Shown piece after piece: positions 9,473-19,216 of a stretch of 64,000 nt of DNA; the first letter of the stretch is position 1, and the number at the start of each line of letters is the position of its first letter. The DNA comes from Patescibacteria group bacterium (GTDB taxonomy: Bacteria; Patescibacteriota; Minisyncoccia; UBA6257; 1-14-0-10-40-38): the NCBI GenBank assembly GCA_038064975.1, contig JBBTRX010000002.1:880-64879 (forward strand), given 5' to 3'. Below the pieces are notes generated by a model. It was not told the DNA's origin and ran no database searches. It saw only the letters and a program-made list of their open reading frames with translations. The position numbers and the translations under genes were made by a program.

Positions 9473-10405
9473 TTAGACATATAATACTTCTTCTTCGAGT
9501 GATATGCCAAATTCTTTAAGTGTCTTTGCTTTAATAAGTTCGATCAATTCCCGAACATCAGAAGCGGCAGCGTTTTTCGCGTTAACGATAAAATTTGGAT
9601 GCTTCCGCGAAACTATCGCTCCTCCTTTTCGAGCTCCCCGAAATCCTAGCGCGGCAATCACAACTGCGGCAGGAATAACGGGAAACGGATCTGTTTTAAG
9701 CGCAAATTCAAATTTCTTTTGAACCTGCTCTGAAACACTCGCGACTGGAATATTTTTAAAGATACTTCCGATATTCGGATAATCCATCGGATGCCGATCG
9801 TGCCGAAAACGTATCTTCTCATGCACGCTCTCCCGTATGCTATGAGGGTTACCGCGTGTGAGATGTAATACCGCTGACAGAATAATTTCCTTATCAGCTG
9901 CTTTTTTAAAAACACTTGTGCGGTATCCAAACTCGCATACCGCATTTTTGCGCACAATAATCTCCGGATGTTCTCCGTAGAACGCGAGACTCGTTACTTC
10001 TTCCACTACATCTTTTATTTCTCCGCCGAATGCTCCGGCATTCCCCCGAATAGCACCCCCTAGCATACCTGGAAGTCCGCCAGCCCATTCCAGTCCCGAA
10101 AGACTGTGACTTGCTACGCGACTAAGCAAGTCGTGCATAAGTACTCCGCTTCCTGCAATCGCCGTCGTGTCACGTATAGAAATCTGCTGCAACATCGGCC
10201 GAACAACGAGCCCAGGGAACCCTTTATCCCTGAAAATAATATTTGTTCCCCCACCGAGCACAAAAAGAGGAATCTTTTTATACTTCGCCCAGCTAATCGC
10301 GCCGACTATATCTTCTTTTGTTTTTGGTTCAGTAAAATAAAGCGCTGGTCCGCCGATACGGTAGTTGCTATAACGAGACAATAAGACGTTCTCAAAAATT
10401 TCCAT
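9473..10405 (-). CDS. murB: UDP-N-acetylenolpyruvoylglucosamine reductase
   Basis: 310 aa; FAD-binding PCMH-type N-terminal domain (..FVLGGGTNIIF.., ..GAIRGNAGAFGGEI..) and MurB C-terminal substrate domain. Confidence 0.85.
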   Translation of the reverse strand: MEIFENVLLSRYSNYRIGGPALYFTEPKTKEDIVGAISWAKYKKIPLFVLGGGTNIIFRDKGFPGLVVRPMLQQISIRDTTAIAGSGVLMHDLLSRVASHSLSGLEWAGGLPGMLGGAIRGNAGAFGGEIKDVVEEVTSLAFYGEHPEIIVRKNAVCEFGYRTSVFKKAADKEIILSAVLHLTRGNPHSIRESVHEKIRFRHDRHPMDYPNIGSIFKNIPVASVSEQVQKKFEFALKTDPFPVIPAAVVIAALGFRGARKGGAIVSRKHPNFIVNAKNAAASDVRELIELIKAKTLKEFGISLEEEVLYV

Positions 10406-10615
10406 AATAGTGAACCCATCTCAAAAAACCAGCACGGCTACGAGGCGGAGCGACACCGAAATGAAAGAAATTGATGCATATCCTTGAGTCCCCCTGTGGG
10501 TCACACACGGTGACCTCCATTGCTATTTGTATTGAATGAGTGCTCGCATGTGACCCACGGGAAGACCTGATCTTGTACGAATACCCGTTCAGTGTAGCGT
10601 AACGCAACTCAAACT

Positions 10616-10641
10616 AAAACCCCGCTTGCGCGGGGTTTTAG
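10616..10641. terminator. bidirectional rho-independent terminator (AAAACCCCGC-ttgc-GCGGGGTTTT)
   Basis: Perfect 6-bp GC stem with tetraloop flanked by A-run and T-run; positioned downstream of the minus-strand gene 10749..11540. Confidence 0.6.
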
Positions 10642-10748
10642 CTACAAATAGCTTGAGGGGCATTCCTTAACGGTTTAACAGCTAGGGAACACTCACACCC
10701 ATTCCTATCTAAAAGACTAGCGCAAAATGAGGAAAAAGTCAAGCGCCA

Positions 10749-11540
10749 CTACCGAACTTCGTATGTTACCGTCACGTTTACCGTCACATCTTGGCTTCCC
10801 GGCTCAATCGTAGGAGACGGAACTGAAGCAGCATCAGATCCCCCCATGCCATACGCCGCCTCAGTCTTAAAGTACATCGGGTATCCTCCCGATCCTTCAG
10901 AGAACGTAACTACCCTCTTAATACGAACACCATTTGCCTTTGCCATCGCCTGCGCTTTAGCGCGCGCTTTTTCAAAAGCTTCCTCTCGAGCAACATTTAA
11001 GAATGTATCCGGATCTTCAACATCAAAGGAAAGATTATCAATTTGATTAATCCCCTTTCCCGGCAATGCACCAAGAATCGTAGGAACCTTTTCAAAATCT
11101 CTAATCTTCACCCGCACCGTTTGCATAACGCGATATCCAGAGAGCACCTGCGTTCCGCCTGGATATTGTATTGATTCTCTCAAATAATCGTATTTGGGAT
11201 AGAGATTATAGTTCTCTGTCTTAATATCTTTTGCTTCAATACCTTCTGCTTTTATGAACGCTATAGCATCGTTCATTTTTTGCGTGTTTTCGGTCTGGAT
11301 TTTTTTAGGGTCCATTCCTTCCGTTACAACGGAAAATGAAAGAGAGGCAATGTCGGGAGATACAACCGTCTTCCCTTCTGCCGAAACCGTAATCGTGTGT
11401 TGATCCGGAAAGACAGGAAGTCCGAAGATAAGTATTTTCCAAATAATAATAGCTGCCGCAAGAAGAATAAGGTTCAGCGTCACCCAAAAGAAATTTTTTG
11501 ATCTAATTGTTTCAGAGACATTAAGCATAGTTTTTTGCAA
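10749..11540 (-). CDS. SIMPL-domain (DUF541-like) secreted/periplasmic protein
   Basis: 263 aa; N-terminal TM/signal anchor; segment ITVSAEGKTVVSPDIASLSFSV resembles the start of SIMPL/YggE-like domains; assignment by pattern only. Confidence 0.45.
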   Translation of the reverse strand: MQKTMLNVSETIRSKNFFWVTLNLILLAAAIIIWKILIFGLPVFPDQHTITVSAEGKTVVSPDIASLSFSVVTEGMDPKKIQTENTQKMNDAIAFIKAEGIEAKDIKTENYNLYPKYDYLRESIQYPGGTQVLSGYRVMQTVRVKIRDFEKVPTILGALPGKGINQIDNLSFDVEDPDTFLNVAREEAFEKARAKAQAMAKANGVRIKRVVTFSEGSGGYPMYFKTEAAYGMGGSDAASVPSPTIEPGSQDVTVNVTVTYEVR

Positions 11541-12246
11541 TAGCGATTATTTTTGTAATTTCCGATTCATGTAAACTTGCGCCCCCCACTAACGCTCCAT
11601 CTATTCCGTGAAGCCCAAGAAATTCCTCTGCATTCCCGCTCGTAACCGACCCCCCATAGAGCACCGAGATTGTGCTCCCCGGATGAAGCGCTTGCGTGAG
11701 ACTCCGAATTATTGTCGCAGCCTCTTCAATACTCTTTGGATCATCAGCAATGCCCGTTCCGATAGCCCAAATTGGCTCATAGGCAACGATGAATTCGCGA
11801 GGCGCAGGACCGAGGCACTGGAACACGGCACGGAGTTCGCGTTCAATTACCTCCTTTCGTTTTCCGGCTTCTTTTTCTCCATGAGACTCTCCGACACAGA
11901 CCACGGGCATAATGCCGTTGCGGAGCAAGCTCATAGTTTTCTTACCTACCATTTCGTCGGTTTCTCCGAAATGAACTCTTCGTTCAGAATGTCCCACGAT
12001 ACCATATTGAACTCCCATCTCGGTAAGTTGTGACGCCGAAACAGAGCCCGTAAACGCCCCTCTATCTTCCCAAAAAACATCCTGAGATCCTAATTTTGCT
12101 TTCGTTAAAACTGATTTTACAGCGCTAAGAAAGGGAAAAGGCGGAGCAACGACAACATTCTCCTCATCAGAAACTTTAGCAAGAAGAGTAACCTCTTTAA
12201 GAGTCTGGGGATTCAACTTCCAATTTGCAACGATTAATTTAGTCAT
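11521..12246 (-). CDS. tpiA: triosephosphate isomerase
   Basis: 241 aa; catalytic motifs ANWKLN (Lys), GHSERR (His) and AYEPIWAIGTG (Glu) all present. Confidence 0.92.
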   Translation of the reverse strand: MTKLIVANWKLNPQTLKEVTLLAKVSDEENVVVAPPFPFLSAVKSVLTKAKLGSQDVFWEDRGAFTGSVSASQLTEMGVQYGIVGHSERRVHFGETDEMVGKKTMSLLRNGIMPVVCVGESHGEKEAGKRKEVIERELRAVFQCLGPAPREFIVAYEPIWAIGTGIADDPKSIEEAATIIRSLTQALHPGSTISVLYGGSVTSGNAEEFLGLHGIDGALVGGASLHESEITKIIAIAKNYA

Positions 12247-12252
12247 AGCGGG

Positions 12253-12765
12253 TTAGGAAATAAATTGAAAAAATCCTGAAATAATAAAAACATCAATAAG
12301 TGCAACAGTTACTGCCCCCAACACAAGCGCGACAAAGGAATGCTTAAATGGAACTCCGAATACAAACGCAGCGACTGTCCCTCCCCATACTCCGGTCAAG
12401 GGCCCTGGCACTGCGACAAAAACATAAAGAGCAACTGCCTTCCAGAAATCTATTTTTTTTGTTTCAAGCGTTTCCACTCCTTCCTGGATCTCATATTTCG
12501 CAAAATGCTTTCCGTGCTTCCTTTGCGTATAACTGAAAAGCCAGGTAAAAAAACGATTACAAAGATAGATGCGTCGCATCAAAAACGAAACGAAATGATT
12601 CCAGAATATGAGGAGGAGCGGAGTTATCGCAACTGTTCCCAGTATAGCAAGTAAAAATGCTTTTACTGCGGAGAAGTGGAAAACGCCGATCGCGGTCGTA
12701 ATGGCTCCATGAGCTTCCAACGTTGGCGTCATTGCGATAAGTACGGTAATAAATTCTTGCCCCAT
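12253..12765 (-). CDS. small polytopic membrane protein (possibly COG2426 / small multidrug-export-like)
   Basis: about 170 aa from Met MGQEFITVLIAM; 4 predicted TM helices; family guess from general resemblance only. Confidence 0.3.
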   Translation of the reverse strand: MGQEFITVLIAMTPTLEAHGAITTAIGVFHFSAVKAFLLAILGTVAITPLLLIFWNHFVSFLMRRIYLCNRFFTWLFSYTQRKHGKHFAKYEIQEGVETLETKKIDFWKAVALYVFVAVPGPLTGVWGGTVAAFVFGVPFKHSFVALVLGAVTVALIDVFIISGFFQFIS

Positions 12766-12766
12766 G

Positions 12767-13768
12767 TTACACACGATTCTGTTTAAACATGTTCGCTGCA
12801 TCATCGGGATTTACCGAAATAATATCAATGCCTGTGCCGAGTTCAAATCCCGCGTCAATATTTGTCTTGGGAACAATTTCAATATGCCAATGATAATGCT
12901 CATACTTCTCCTTGTCTTTCACAGGAGAAGTATGAATGAAAAAATTATAATCCGGATCATTTAACGTTTTTCTCATAAGCCCAAGCGCTTGATGGAGAAC
13001 TTGAACAACGCTCGCGATCTCACCCGGCGGAGTATCTTCAAAATAAGGCAAGTGCCGTTTTGGAAATACTCTAATTTCAAAATTAGTGCGCGAGGTAAAC
13101 GGCGTTATCGCGATAGCATGTTCGTTTTCAACAATAATACGCTTCCCTTCTTTAAGCTCCCATTCCACAAGTGCACAGTGTACGCATTGCCCGTGATTTT
13201 TAAAATACTCATGCGATCCGACAAGGGAATGCCGGATATCCGGAGGAATAACCGGGATACTGATAATTTGAAAATGTGGATGATACAGCGATGCTCCCGC
13301 GCTCGCTCCCCAATTATGAAACATTGAAACATATGAAATACACTCTTCTTGCAGCATTGTCTGATAGCGTCCTCTAAAAGCCTGGAAGACTCCCACTGCT
13401 TCTTCTAGTGGCACCGAAGCAAAGTCAGTATCATGATCGCGCATTACTACGATATCGTGATGTCCAATGCCTTCCGTCACTAAAAAAGGGCCTTTCTCGT
13501 GGATAACCGGACAAACGCCATGATGGGTAAAAGCCGGAAATTTATTCGGAATAATAATAACGTTCCAATCACGCTCATCTCCAATCCTCAAAATCGGCTT
13601 TACTGTTTCAAGTTGTTTATGCTCAAAAGGACACGTTGATTTTGGAGCACGCTTTCTGGATTTTTTTGTCTCCAATTCGTGCGGCCGATTCCCCCGCTTA
13701 GGAGCAACAACAATCCAATCGCCTGAAATTAAATCTTGCCGCAGCTCGGATAATTCTTGGTTTTCCAT
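12767..13768 (-). CDS. galT: galactose-1-phosphate uridylyltransferase (HIT-family GalT)
   Basis: 333 aa; His-Pro-His nucleotidyl-transfer motif (LYHPHFQIISIP) and N-terminal Cys/His cluster (CPFEH..) typical of GalT-type HIT enzymes. Confidence 0.75.
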   Translation of the reverse strand: MENQELSELRQDLISGDWIVVAPKRGNRPHELETKKSRKRAPKSTCPFEHKQLETVKPILRIGDERDWNVIIIPNKFPAFTHHGVCPVIHEKGPFLVTEGIGHHDIVVMRDHDTDFASVPLEEAVGVFQAFRGRYQTMLQEECISYVSMFHNWGASAGASLYHPHFQIISIPVIPPDIRHSLVGSHEYFKNHGQCVHCALVEWELKEGKRIIVENEHAIAITPFTSRTNFEIRVFPKRHLPYFEDTPPGEIASVVQVLHQALGLMRKTLNDPDYNFFIHTSPVKDKEKYEHYHWHIEIVPKTNIDAGFELGTGIDIISVNPDDAANMFKQNRV

Positions 13769-13776
13769 AATACTCC

Positions 13777-15666
13777 TTATTCTTCGTCTGAAATGTTTAA
13801 ACGATTATCATAATACCATTGGAGGACGTCTTTTGCGATTGGAAGCGTGTTCAAACTGCCTTCGCGCGCATTTTCCACGAGTATAAGAATTGCAATTTCA
13901 GGATTTTCTGCTGGAGCATAACCAATAAAGAGCGCGTTGGTTTTTGCATTGTTATTAGTTTGAGCACTTCCCGTTTTTCCGGAAACTGAGATCGGCAGGC
14001 CATTAAGAAAATGAGCCGTCCCATATGGTTTTGTGACCGCATCACGCATTCCTTCGCGCACAACTCTTACGGCATCGGTCCACGATGAATAATCTCCAAC
14101 AATTTCCGGCTCAAGGTTATTGTTTAAGAACGGCTTATAGAGCACTCCACCGTTTGCAAGCGAAGCAGTGAAAACGGCAAGCTGCATCGGTGTTACTAAA
14201 AGATCTCCTTGCCCGATAGAAATATTATACGTATCTCCCAAGCGCCATGGTTCACCCATTCTCTTTTCTTTAAGCTCCGGGTCAGGCAAAAATCCGGCGC
14301 CTTCGTGAGCAATATCAATTCCGGTCAATGCCCCGAATCGCATAAGTTCCCAATAATGCTTCAAGCGATCAATGCCCAGGCCATGAAAATCAAGACCGCC
14401 GCTCGTAAGCTCTCCCCGAGGAACACTCGAGGGCAATCCCCCTCCAACGCTGTAAAAATAAATATTACTTGATTTGGCAAGCGCAGAGCGCACATCAACC
14501 CATCCATGAGCTTTCCAATCGAGAAAAAAACTTGGTTTGTCTGGATAATAAGGGTTTGGAATTTCAAGTTTGCCCGCGGAATATACCCGCGTTTCTGGAG
14601 TCGCAATATTTTCCCTTAGCGTCGCAAGCGCGACAAGAGGTTTGATAGTAGATCCCGGGCTGTATGCCCCAGAAACAGCACGGTTAAAAAGAGGCTGACG
14701 CGCATCTAAAAGAATAGGGGCCCTACTTTTACTTTCCAGTGGATCGACAAAAACGTTTGGATCAAAACTCGGTAAGCTTACAAGAGAAAGAACGGCGCCT
14801 GTCCGCGGATCAAGAGCAATGCCAACTCCTGAATCTCTGCCAAGCGATTCAAGGCCAGATCGCAAACGATTATGAAAAAAATTTTGAAGTTCGGCATCAA
14901 TGGAGAGTTTAAGTGATTCGCTAGATTCAGGTTCACGAACTAAATGTTCATCAATAATAGTACCAAGTGCGTCCTGATAGACGCCGTAGGCGCCTTCTCG
15001 CCCCTTAATTTCCAGATCATATGTTTCTTCCAATCCTGCTTTTCCAACAACTTTATTCTTATCTCCAATACCGGTATAGCCCACAATATGGGCCGCTGCA
15101 GCGCCATAGGGATACACACGAATAGAATCATCAATGACGCGCACTGCATCATCGTTTAATCCTTTAATAGCAATCGCCTCCTCATTAGTAATACCGCGCT
15201 TTATAACAATCCATTGATTCTCTTCAAAATCAGTTTGAGAGACGGCACTCACAAAAAATTCAGGATCAAGACTAAGCATCGCGGTAAGATCTTGCTCTAT
15301 CCGCACGCGATACTCCGCGTCACGTGCGACACGAGCAGTATCAATAAGAACTGAAAACGAACTTTTATTGTCCGCGAGAACTTCTCCGTTGCGATCAACG
15401 ATGATGGCGCGATACGCCGGAATCTGAATTTCATGGGCGACATTAGCAGCGGCACGTTGTTCGTAAAACGCGCCCTTCACGACAGTAAAGAAAATGGTCT
15501 TACCGAACACGACTGAAATGAGTAGCACCGCTATTCCTCCGATAAGAAAAAAGGCTCCTCGCGATGCCGGCAATTCCCGATACCGATTATCGGTATCGCA
15601 TACTGCGTCAAAAATGGCTTCGTCCAGATTGAGATCGGATTGTTTGTGGTGCATGTGTTTCAACAA
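13777..15666 (-). CDS. mrdA: penicillin-binding protein 2 (elongasome D,D-transpeptidase)
   Basis: 629 aa; N-terminal TM anchor, PBP dimerisation domain, transpeptidase motifs STIKP (SxxK), SSN (KSSNIYF) and KTG (SGKTGSAQ); follows mreBCD. Confidence 0.85.
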   Translation of the reverse strand: MLKHMHHKQSDLNLDEAIFDAVCDTDNRYRELPASRGAFFLIGGIAVLLISVVFGKTIFFTVVKGAFYEQRAAANVAHEIQIPAYRAIIVDRNGEVLADNKSSFSVLIDTARVARDAEYRVRIEQDLTAMLSLDPEFFVSAVSQTDFEENQWIVIKRGITNEEAIAIKGLNDDAVRVIDDSIRVYPYGAAAAHIVGYTGIGDKNKVVGKAGLEETYDLEIKGREGAYGVYQDALGTIIDEHLVREPESSESLKLSIDAELQNFFHNRLRSGLESLGRDSGVGIALDPRTGAVLSLVSLPSFDPNVFVDPLESKSRAPILLDARQPLFNRAVSGAYSPGSTIKPLVALATLRENIATPETRVYSAGKLEIPNPYYPDKPSFFLDWKAHGWVDVRSALAKSSNIYFYSVGGGLPSSVPRGELTSGGLDFHGLGIDRLKHYWELMRFGALTGIDIAHEGAGFLPDPELKEKRMGEPWRLGDTYNISIGQGDLLVTPMQLAVFTASLANGGVLYKPFLNNNLEPEIVGDYSSWTDAVRVVREGMRDAVTKPYGTAHFLNGLPISVSGKTGSAQTNNNAKTNALFIGYAPAENPEIAILILVENAREGSLNTLPIAKDVLQWYYDNRLNISDEE

Positions 15667-16105
15667 AAAGAAGGATCAAATATGCGCCTAAGCTTACCAC
15701 GCTATTATAGACCATTTCCCAGAGAACTGTAACAAAATGTTCGCGAATAAATCCCGGGTCCGAAATAGCATATACGCCAAGTGTTGCGAAGATTACCGTA
15801 ACCACCATATTAATAGCACGGCGTCCCGGAAGACGAGGCAAAGTAAATAGAGCAGCAAACGCAATAATGAATACAGCAAACGCGACAAAATCAAAACCAA
15901 TATTAAATCTAATAAGTGAGGCTCCCAGAAGTGCTGAAGCAGTGTAGAGCAAGACTTCGGGGGCAAAAGCCGCGTAGGCAATAAGTATCGCGAGAACGGC
16001 ATTCGGCACGATTCCCTCCACCGCAAAGAAATGTTTTGTTTGAATAAACGCTGCACCCACAACGAAAATAAGCGCCAGAAAAAATACGGCCGCTTTCTTA
16101 CTCAT
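15608..16105 (-). CDS. mreD: rod shape-determining protein MreD (putative)
   Basis: 165-aa polytopic membrane protein located between mreC and mrdA as in canonical mreBCD operons; sequence is weakly conserved, assignment mostly by position. Confidence 0.55.
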   Translation of the reverse strand: MSKKAAVFFLALIFVVGAAFIQTKHFFAVEGIVPNAVLAILIAYAAFAPEVLLYTASALLGASLIRFNIGFDFVAFAVFIIAFAALFTLPRLPGRRAINMVVTVIFATLGVYAISDPGFIREHFVTVLWEMVYNSVVSLGAYLILLFVETHAPQTIRSQSGRSHF

Positions 16106-16818
16106 GATTCAAGAAGCACCATTACTTCCGTAACCGACGCCGCATCATAAGGAAGGCGTACAGTCGCCTCTTGAAATGTTAATTCAGGAGTGTAAAGCGC
16201 ATCCTCAACTAATCCAAGAATAAGCCCGTAAGGAAAATCTTTTGAAGAAACATAAACAGTATCACCTTTAGTAATGCTCTCGTTTTTTAAAATAAGGGTA
16301 AGCCGTGGATCCCGTCCTCCTACAAAAAGAGCATTCACTCCATCATTGCCAATTTTTGCCGGAACTTCCCATTCTAGATCAAAGACGGTTTGTACAATAC
16401 TGCGATGATCTGATGCATCTACGACACGCCCAAAGAGAAACGCATCATTAAAAAGCACCGGCATCCCAGACGTGACGCCATCTAGAGTTCCCGCATTTAT
16501 GGAAACTAAGTGATGACTGTTTGTGGGATACGTTGAATACACTTTTGCGATAACGGCCTTCTTTCCGTCAAAAAGTATAGGCCGCGCCTCACGTTCAATC
16601 ACAAAGAGTTGAGCGCGCAATGCTTCATTTTCCTGTTCCAGTATTCGCACCTGTTCGCTGTTCGCACCTTCAAAAATATTTGCTAAAAAGCGTGTCGGCA
16701 CTTGAGCGCTTCTCATCGCAGAATCCATCACTGCATCTTTTTTAGACAGAGCGTCATTACTAAAGAAGAAAAATCCGCTGAAAGCAAAGATGAGAGTGAT
16801 GAAAAGAAATCTGCGCAT
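16102..16818 (-). CDS. mreC: rod shape-determining protein MreC
   Basis: 238 aa; N-terminal TM anchor, coiled-coil segment (ILEQENEALRAQLFVIERE), beta-rich C-terminal domain; directly downstream of mreB. Confidence 0.75.
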   Translation of the reverse strand: MRRFLFITLIFAFSGFFFFSNDALSKKDAVMDSAMRSAQVPTRFLANIFEGANSEQVRILEQENEALRAQLFVIEREARPILFDGKKAVIAKVYSTYPTNSHHLVSINAGTLDGVTSGMPVLFNDAFLFGRVVDASDHRSIVQTVFDLEWEVPAKIGNDGVNALFVGGRDPRLTLILKNESITKGDTVYVSSKDFPYGLILGLVEDALYTPELTFQEATVRLPYDAASVTEVMVLLES

Positions 16819-16824
16819 GAAAGG

Positions 16825-17871
16825 TTATAATTTAATATCTTTAGGATTCTGAGGATTATCAAACAGATGAAGATATTTCGGCAACTGCTCAATCGCTACA
16901 CCAGTACCTCGAGCAACACAGGTCAAAGGGTCATCCACAACGGTGGTTCGTACGGAAAGTTCACGGGCTACAAGCTGATCAATACCGCGAAGAAGACTTC
17001 CTCCTCCGCAAAGATGAATGCCTTGGCGAAGAATATCTCCTGACAATTCCGGAGGAGAAGTTTCCAACACCTCACGGATCGCGTCCACTATCCCCTTTAA
17101 TGATTTTACGATAGCTGCGCGCACTTGGGTATCCCGAATTATTAACTCTTTTGGAAGACCGGTCGCAAGGTCTCTTCCGCGAATATGCATTTCCAGTTTT
17201 TCGGTGATGGGAAGCGCAGAACCGATCGCAAGCTTAATGTCTTCTGCTGTCGCCTCGCCAATTGCGAGCTTGAATTCATCTCGGACGAAACGCATAATGT
17301 CGTCATTTAATTTATCTCCTGCAATGCGTAAACTCTTTGACGTTACTGTTCCTGCCATTGAGATAATGGCTATTTCCGTCGTTCCACCTCCGATATCAAC
17401 AATCATACTCGCTGTCGGCTCATGGACAGGCAGACGGGCACCAAGTGCTGCTGCAAGCGGCTCGTCAATCAGATAGGGTTTAAAAACACCAGCTCCCATG
17501 ACCGCATCCTCAACCGATTTTCGCTCAACCTCCGTAAGACTTGAAGGCACGCCGACCACCGCTTTACGGTAACTGGTAAATGCACTTCCTCCCGAAATCT
17601 TTTTTAGGAAATGCCGAATAATTTCTTGACTCATTTCAAAATCAGAAATAACGCCACCATGAAGAGGGCGCACGATTTCAACGTGAGCGGGCGTGCGACC
17701 AAGCATTCTGCGCGCGCCGTCGCCAACGTCAAGAATTTTATTTGTTTTAGTATTCACGGCGACAATCATCGGTTCGTTAACGACGATGCCCCGCTTCTCA
17801 AGATAGATAAGGAAATTGCTTGTACCTAAATCAATTCCTATATTTTTTCGGACAAAAGAAAAAGCTCGCAT
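16825..17871 (-). CDS. mreB: rod shape-determining protein MreB
   Basis: 348 aa; actin-fold motifs IGIDLGTSN (phosphate 1), DIGGGTTEIAI (phosphate 2), CGGGSLLRGI (adenosine). Confidence 0.92.
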   Translation of the reverse strand: MRAFSFVRKNIGIDLGTSNFLIYLEKRGIVVNEPMIVAVNTKTNKILDVGDGARRMLGRTPAHVEIVRPLHGGVISDFEMSQEIIRHFLKKISGGSAFTSYRKAVVGVPSSLTEVERKSVEDAVMGAGVFKPYLIDEPLAAALGARLPVHEPTASMIVDIGGGTTEIAIISMAGTVTSKSLRIAGDKLNDDIMRFVRDEFKLAIGEATAEDIKLAIGSALPITEKLEMHIRGRDLATGLPKELIIRDTQVRAAIVKSLKGIVDAIREVLETSPPELSGDILRQGIHLCGGGSLLRGIDQLVARELSVRTTVVDDPLTCVARGTGVAIEQLPKYLHLFDNPQNPKDIKL

Positions 17872-17909
17872 AATAGTGTTGCGAGCGGCGACTTCTGCAA
17901 AGCTTTTTC

Positions 17910-19145
17910 TTATTTGAGTATCGTGAAAACAGCATCCATAGACATTCGTTTCCCTTCTTTCTCGGTGCGTTTTTTCACCTCAAAATCAGGAGCTGTTTTT
18001 GTGCTAATAAGTACACGATAAGGAATCCCAATAAGATCAGCATCGGCGAACTTTTCGCCTGCAGTCACGCCGTCTCGGTCATCATATAATACAGTAATTT
18101 TTTTCTTTTGCAATTTTGTGTAACATGCCTCCGCTTGAGCACGAATTTCGTCACTACTTCCCGGTAATAACAATAAATGAACTTGGAACGGCGCGGATGA
18201 CTCAGGCCATACAAGCCCTCTCTCGTCATTATAAATTTCCGCTATTGTTCCCATAACGCGCGTAGGCCCAATGCCATACGAACCCATTACCACCGGCTTT
18301 TTTTCTCCGTTCTGATCCGTATAAAAAAGATTAAACGATTCGGCAAATCGCGTACCGAGCCGAAAAATATTTCCGACTTCAATGGATCGTTTTTCAATAA
18401 CACCATCTTGATTTTCGCGAGAAGGATCATATACTTCTTTATTTTTTGCGTATTCCCAACGAGGTGAACAATAAATAGTATCCTCTCCCGCAGTATGAGG
18501 AACTTGGAACTCATGTGTGAATTCTTTTGTGAATGCTCCCCCGCTCGCCTCTGTGATAATCGTTTCAAGATTCAAGCGATTAAAAATCTTGGTGTACGCC
18601 TCCATGGCTTCTTTGTAAAAACGATCCAAATCTTCGTGGGATGTATGAAAACTGTATAAATCTTTCATGAGAAATTCTCGGCCGCGCAACAGCCCCGCTT
18701 GAGGACGCGCCTCTCTCCTAAACTTAGTTTGGATTTGATACACCGAACGCGGCAAATCTTTATATGACTCAATAAATTTCTTCGCGATGGAGGCGATAAC
18801 TTCTTCATGAGTCCACCCCAGGCCATACTCCGCCTCAAATTCTCCCTTAGCATTCTCCTTTCCAGCACGATAGACGATATCCACATCCCACCGATTAGAA
18901 GCCTGCCAATACGATTTATGAATAAGAGAAGGCATGAAGAGCTCCTGCCCGTGAATTGCATCCATTTCTTCACGAACAACAGTATTAATCCGATTAAGGA
19001 CGCGAAGGCCAAGCGGTAAGAGCGAATAAACGCCCGCCGAAGACTTAGCTATAAAACCACCCCTAATCAAAAGCTGAGCATTCTTGGAGAGCTCATCTTC
19101 GGGGTGCTGTTTTGTCGTTTTGGAAAAAAAACTTGATTGGCGCAT
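17910..19145 (-). CDS. proS: proline--tRNA ligase (short form without editing insertion)
   Basis: 411 aa; class II aaRS motifs (FRRE.., GIGPTRVMG), C-terminal anticodon-binding domain; length fits the editing-domain-less ProRS type. Confidence 0.82.
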   Translation of the reverse strand: MRQSSFFSKTTKQHPEDELSKNAQLLIRGGFIAKSSAGVYSLLPLGLRVLNRINTVVREEMDAIHGQELFMPSLIHKSYWQASNRWDVDIVYRAGKENAKGEFEAEYGLGWTHEEVIASIAKKFIESYKDLPRSVYQIQTKFRREARPQAGLLRGREFLMKDLYSFHTSHEDLDRFYKEAMEAYTKIFNRLNLETIITEASGGAFTKEFTHEFQVPHTAGEDTIYCSPRWEYAKNKEVYDPSRENQDGVIEKRSIEVGNIFRLGTRFAESFNLFYTDQNGEKKPVVMGSYGIGPTRVMGTIAEIYNDERGLVWPESSAPFQVHLLLLPGSSDEIRAQAEACYTKLQKKKITVLYDDRDGVTAGEKFADADLIGIPYRVLISTKTAPDFEVKKRTEKEGKRMSMDAVFTILK

Positions 19146-19216
19146 TCTAGGAAAGATTTTAACAGGAACGGCATTCCGAACACAACTTCAAGAAGAAAAG
19201 GGCAAAAGTACTTTCC

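Noticed and set aside
10392-10607. 71-aa ORF in the murB upstream region
   Set aside because: No RBS, and it overlaps the structured leader and the murB start; low-complexity translation.
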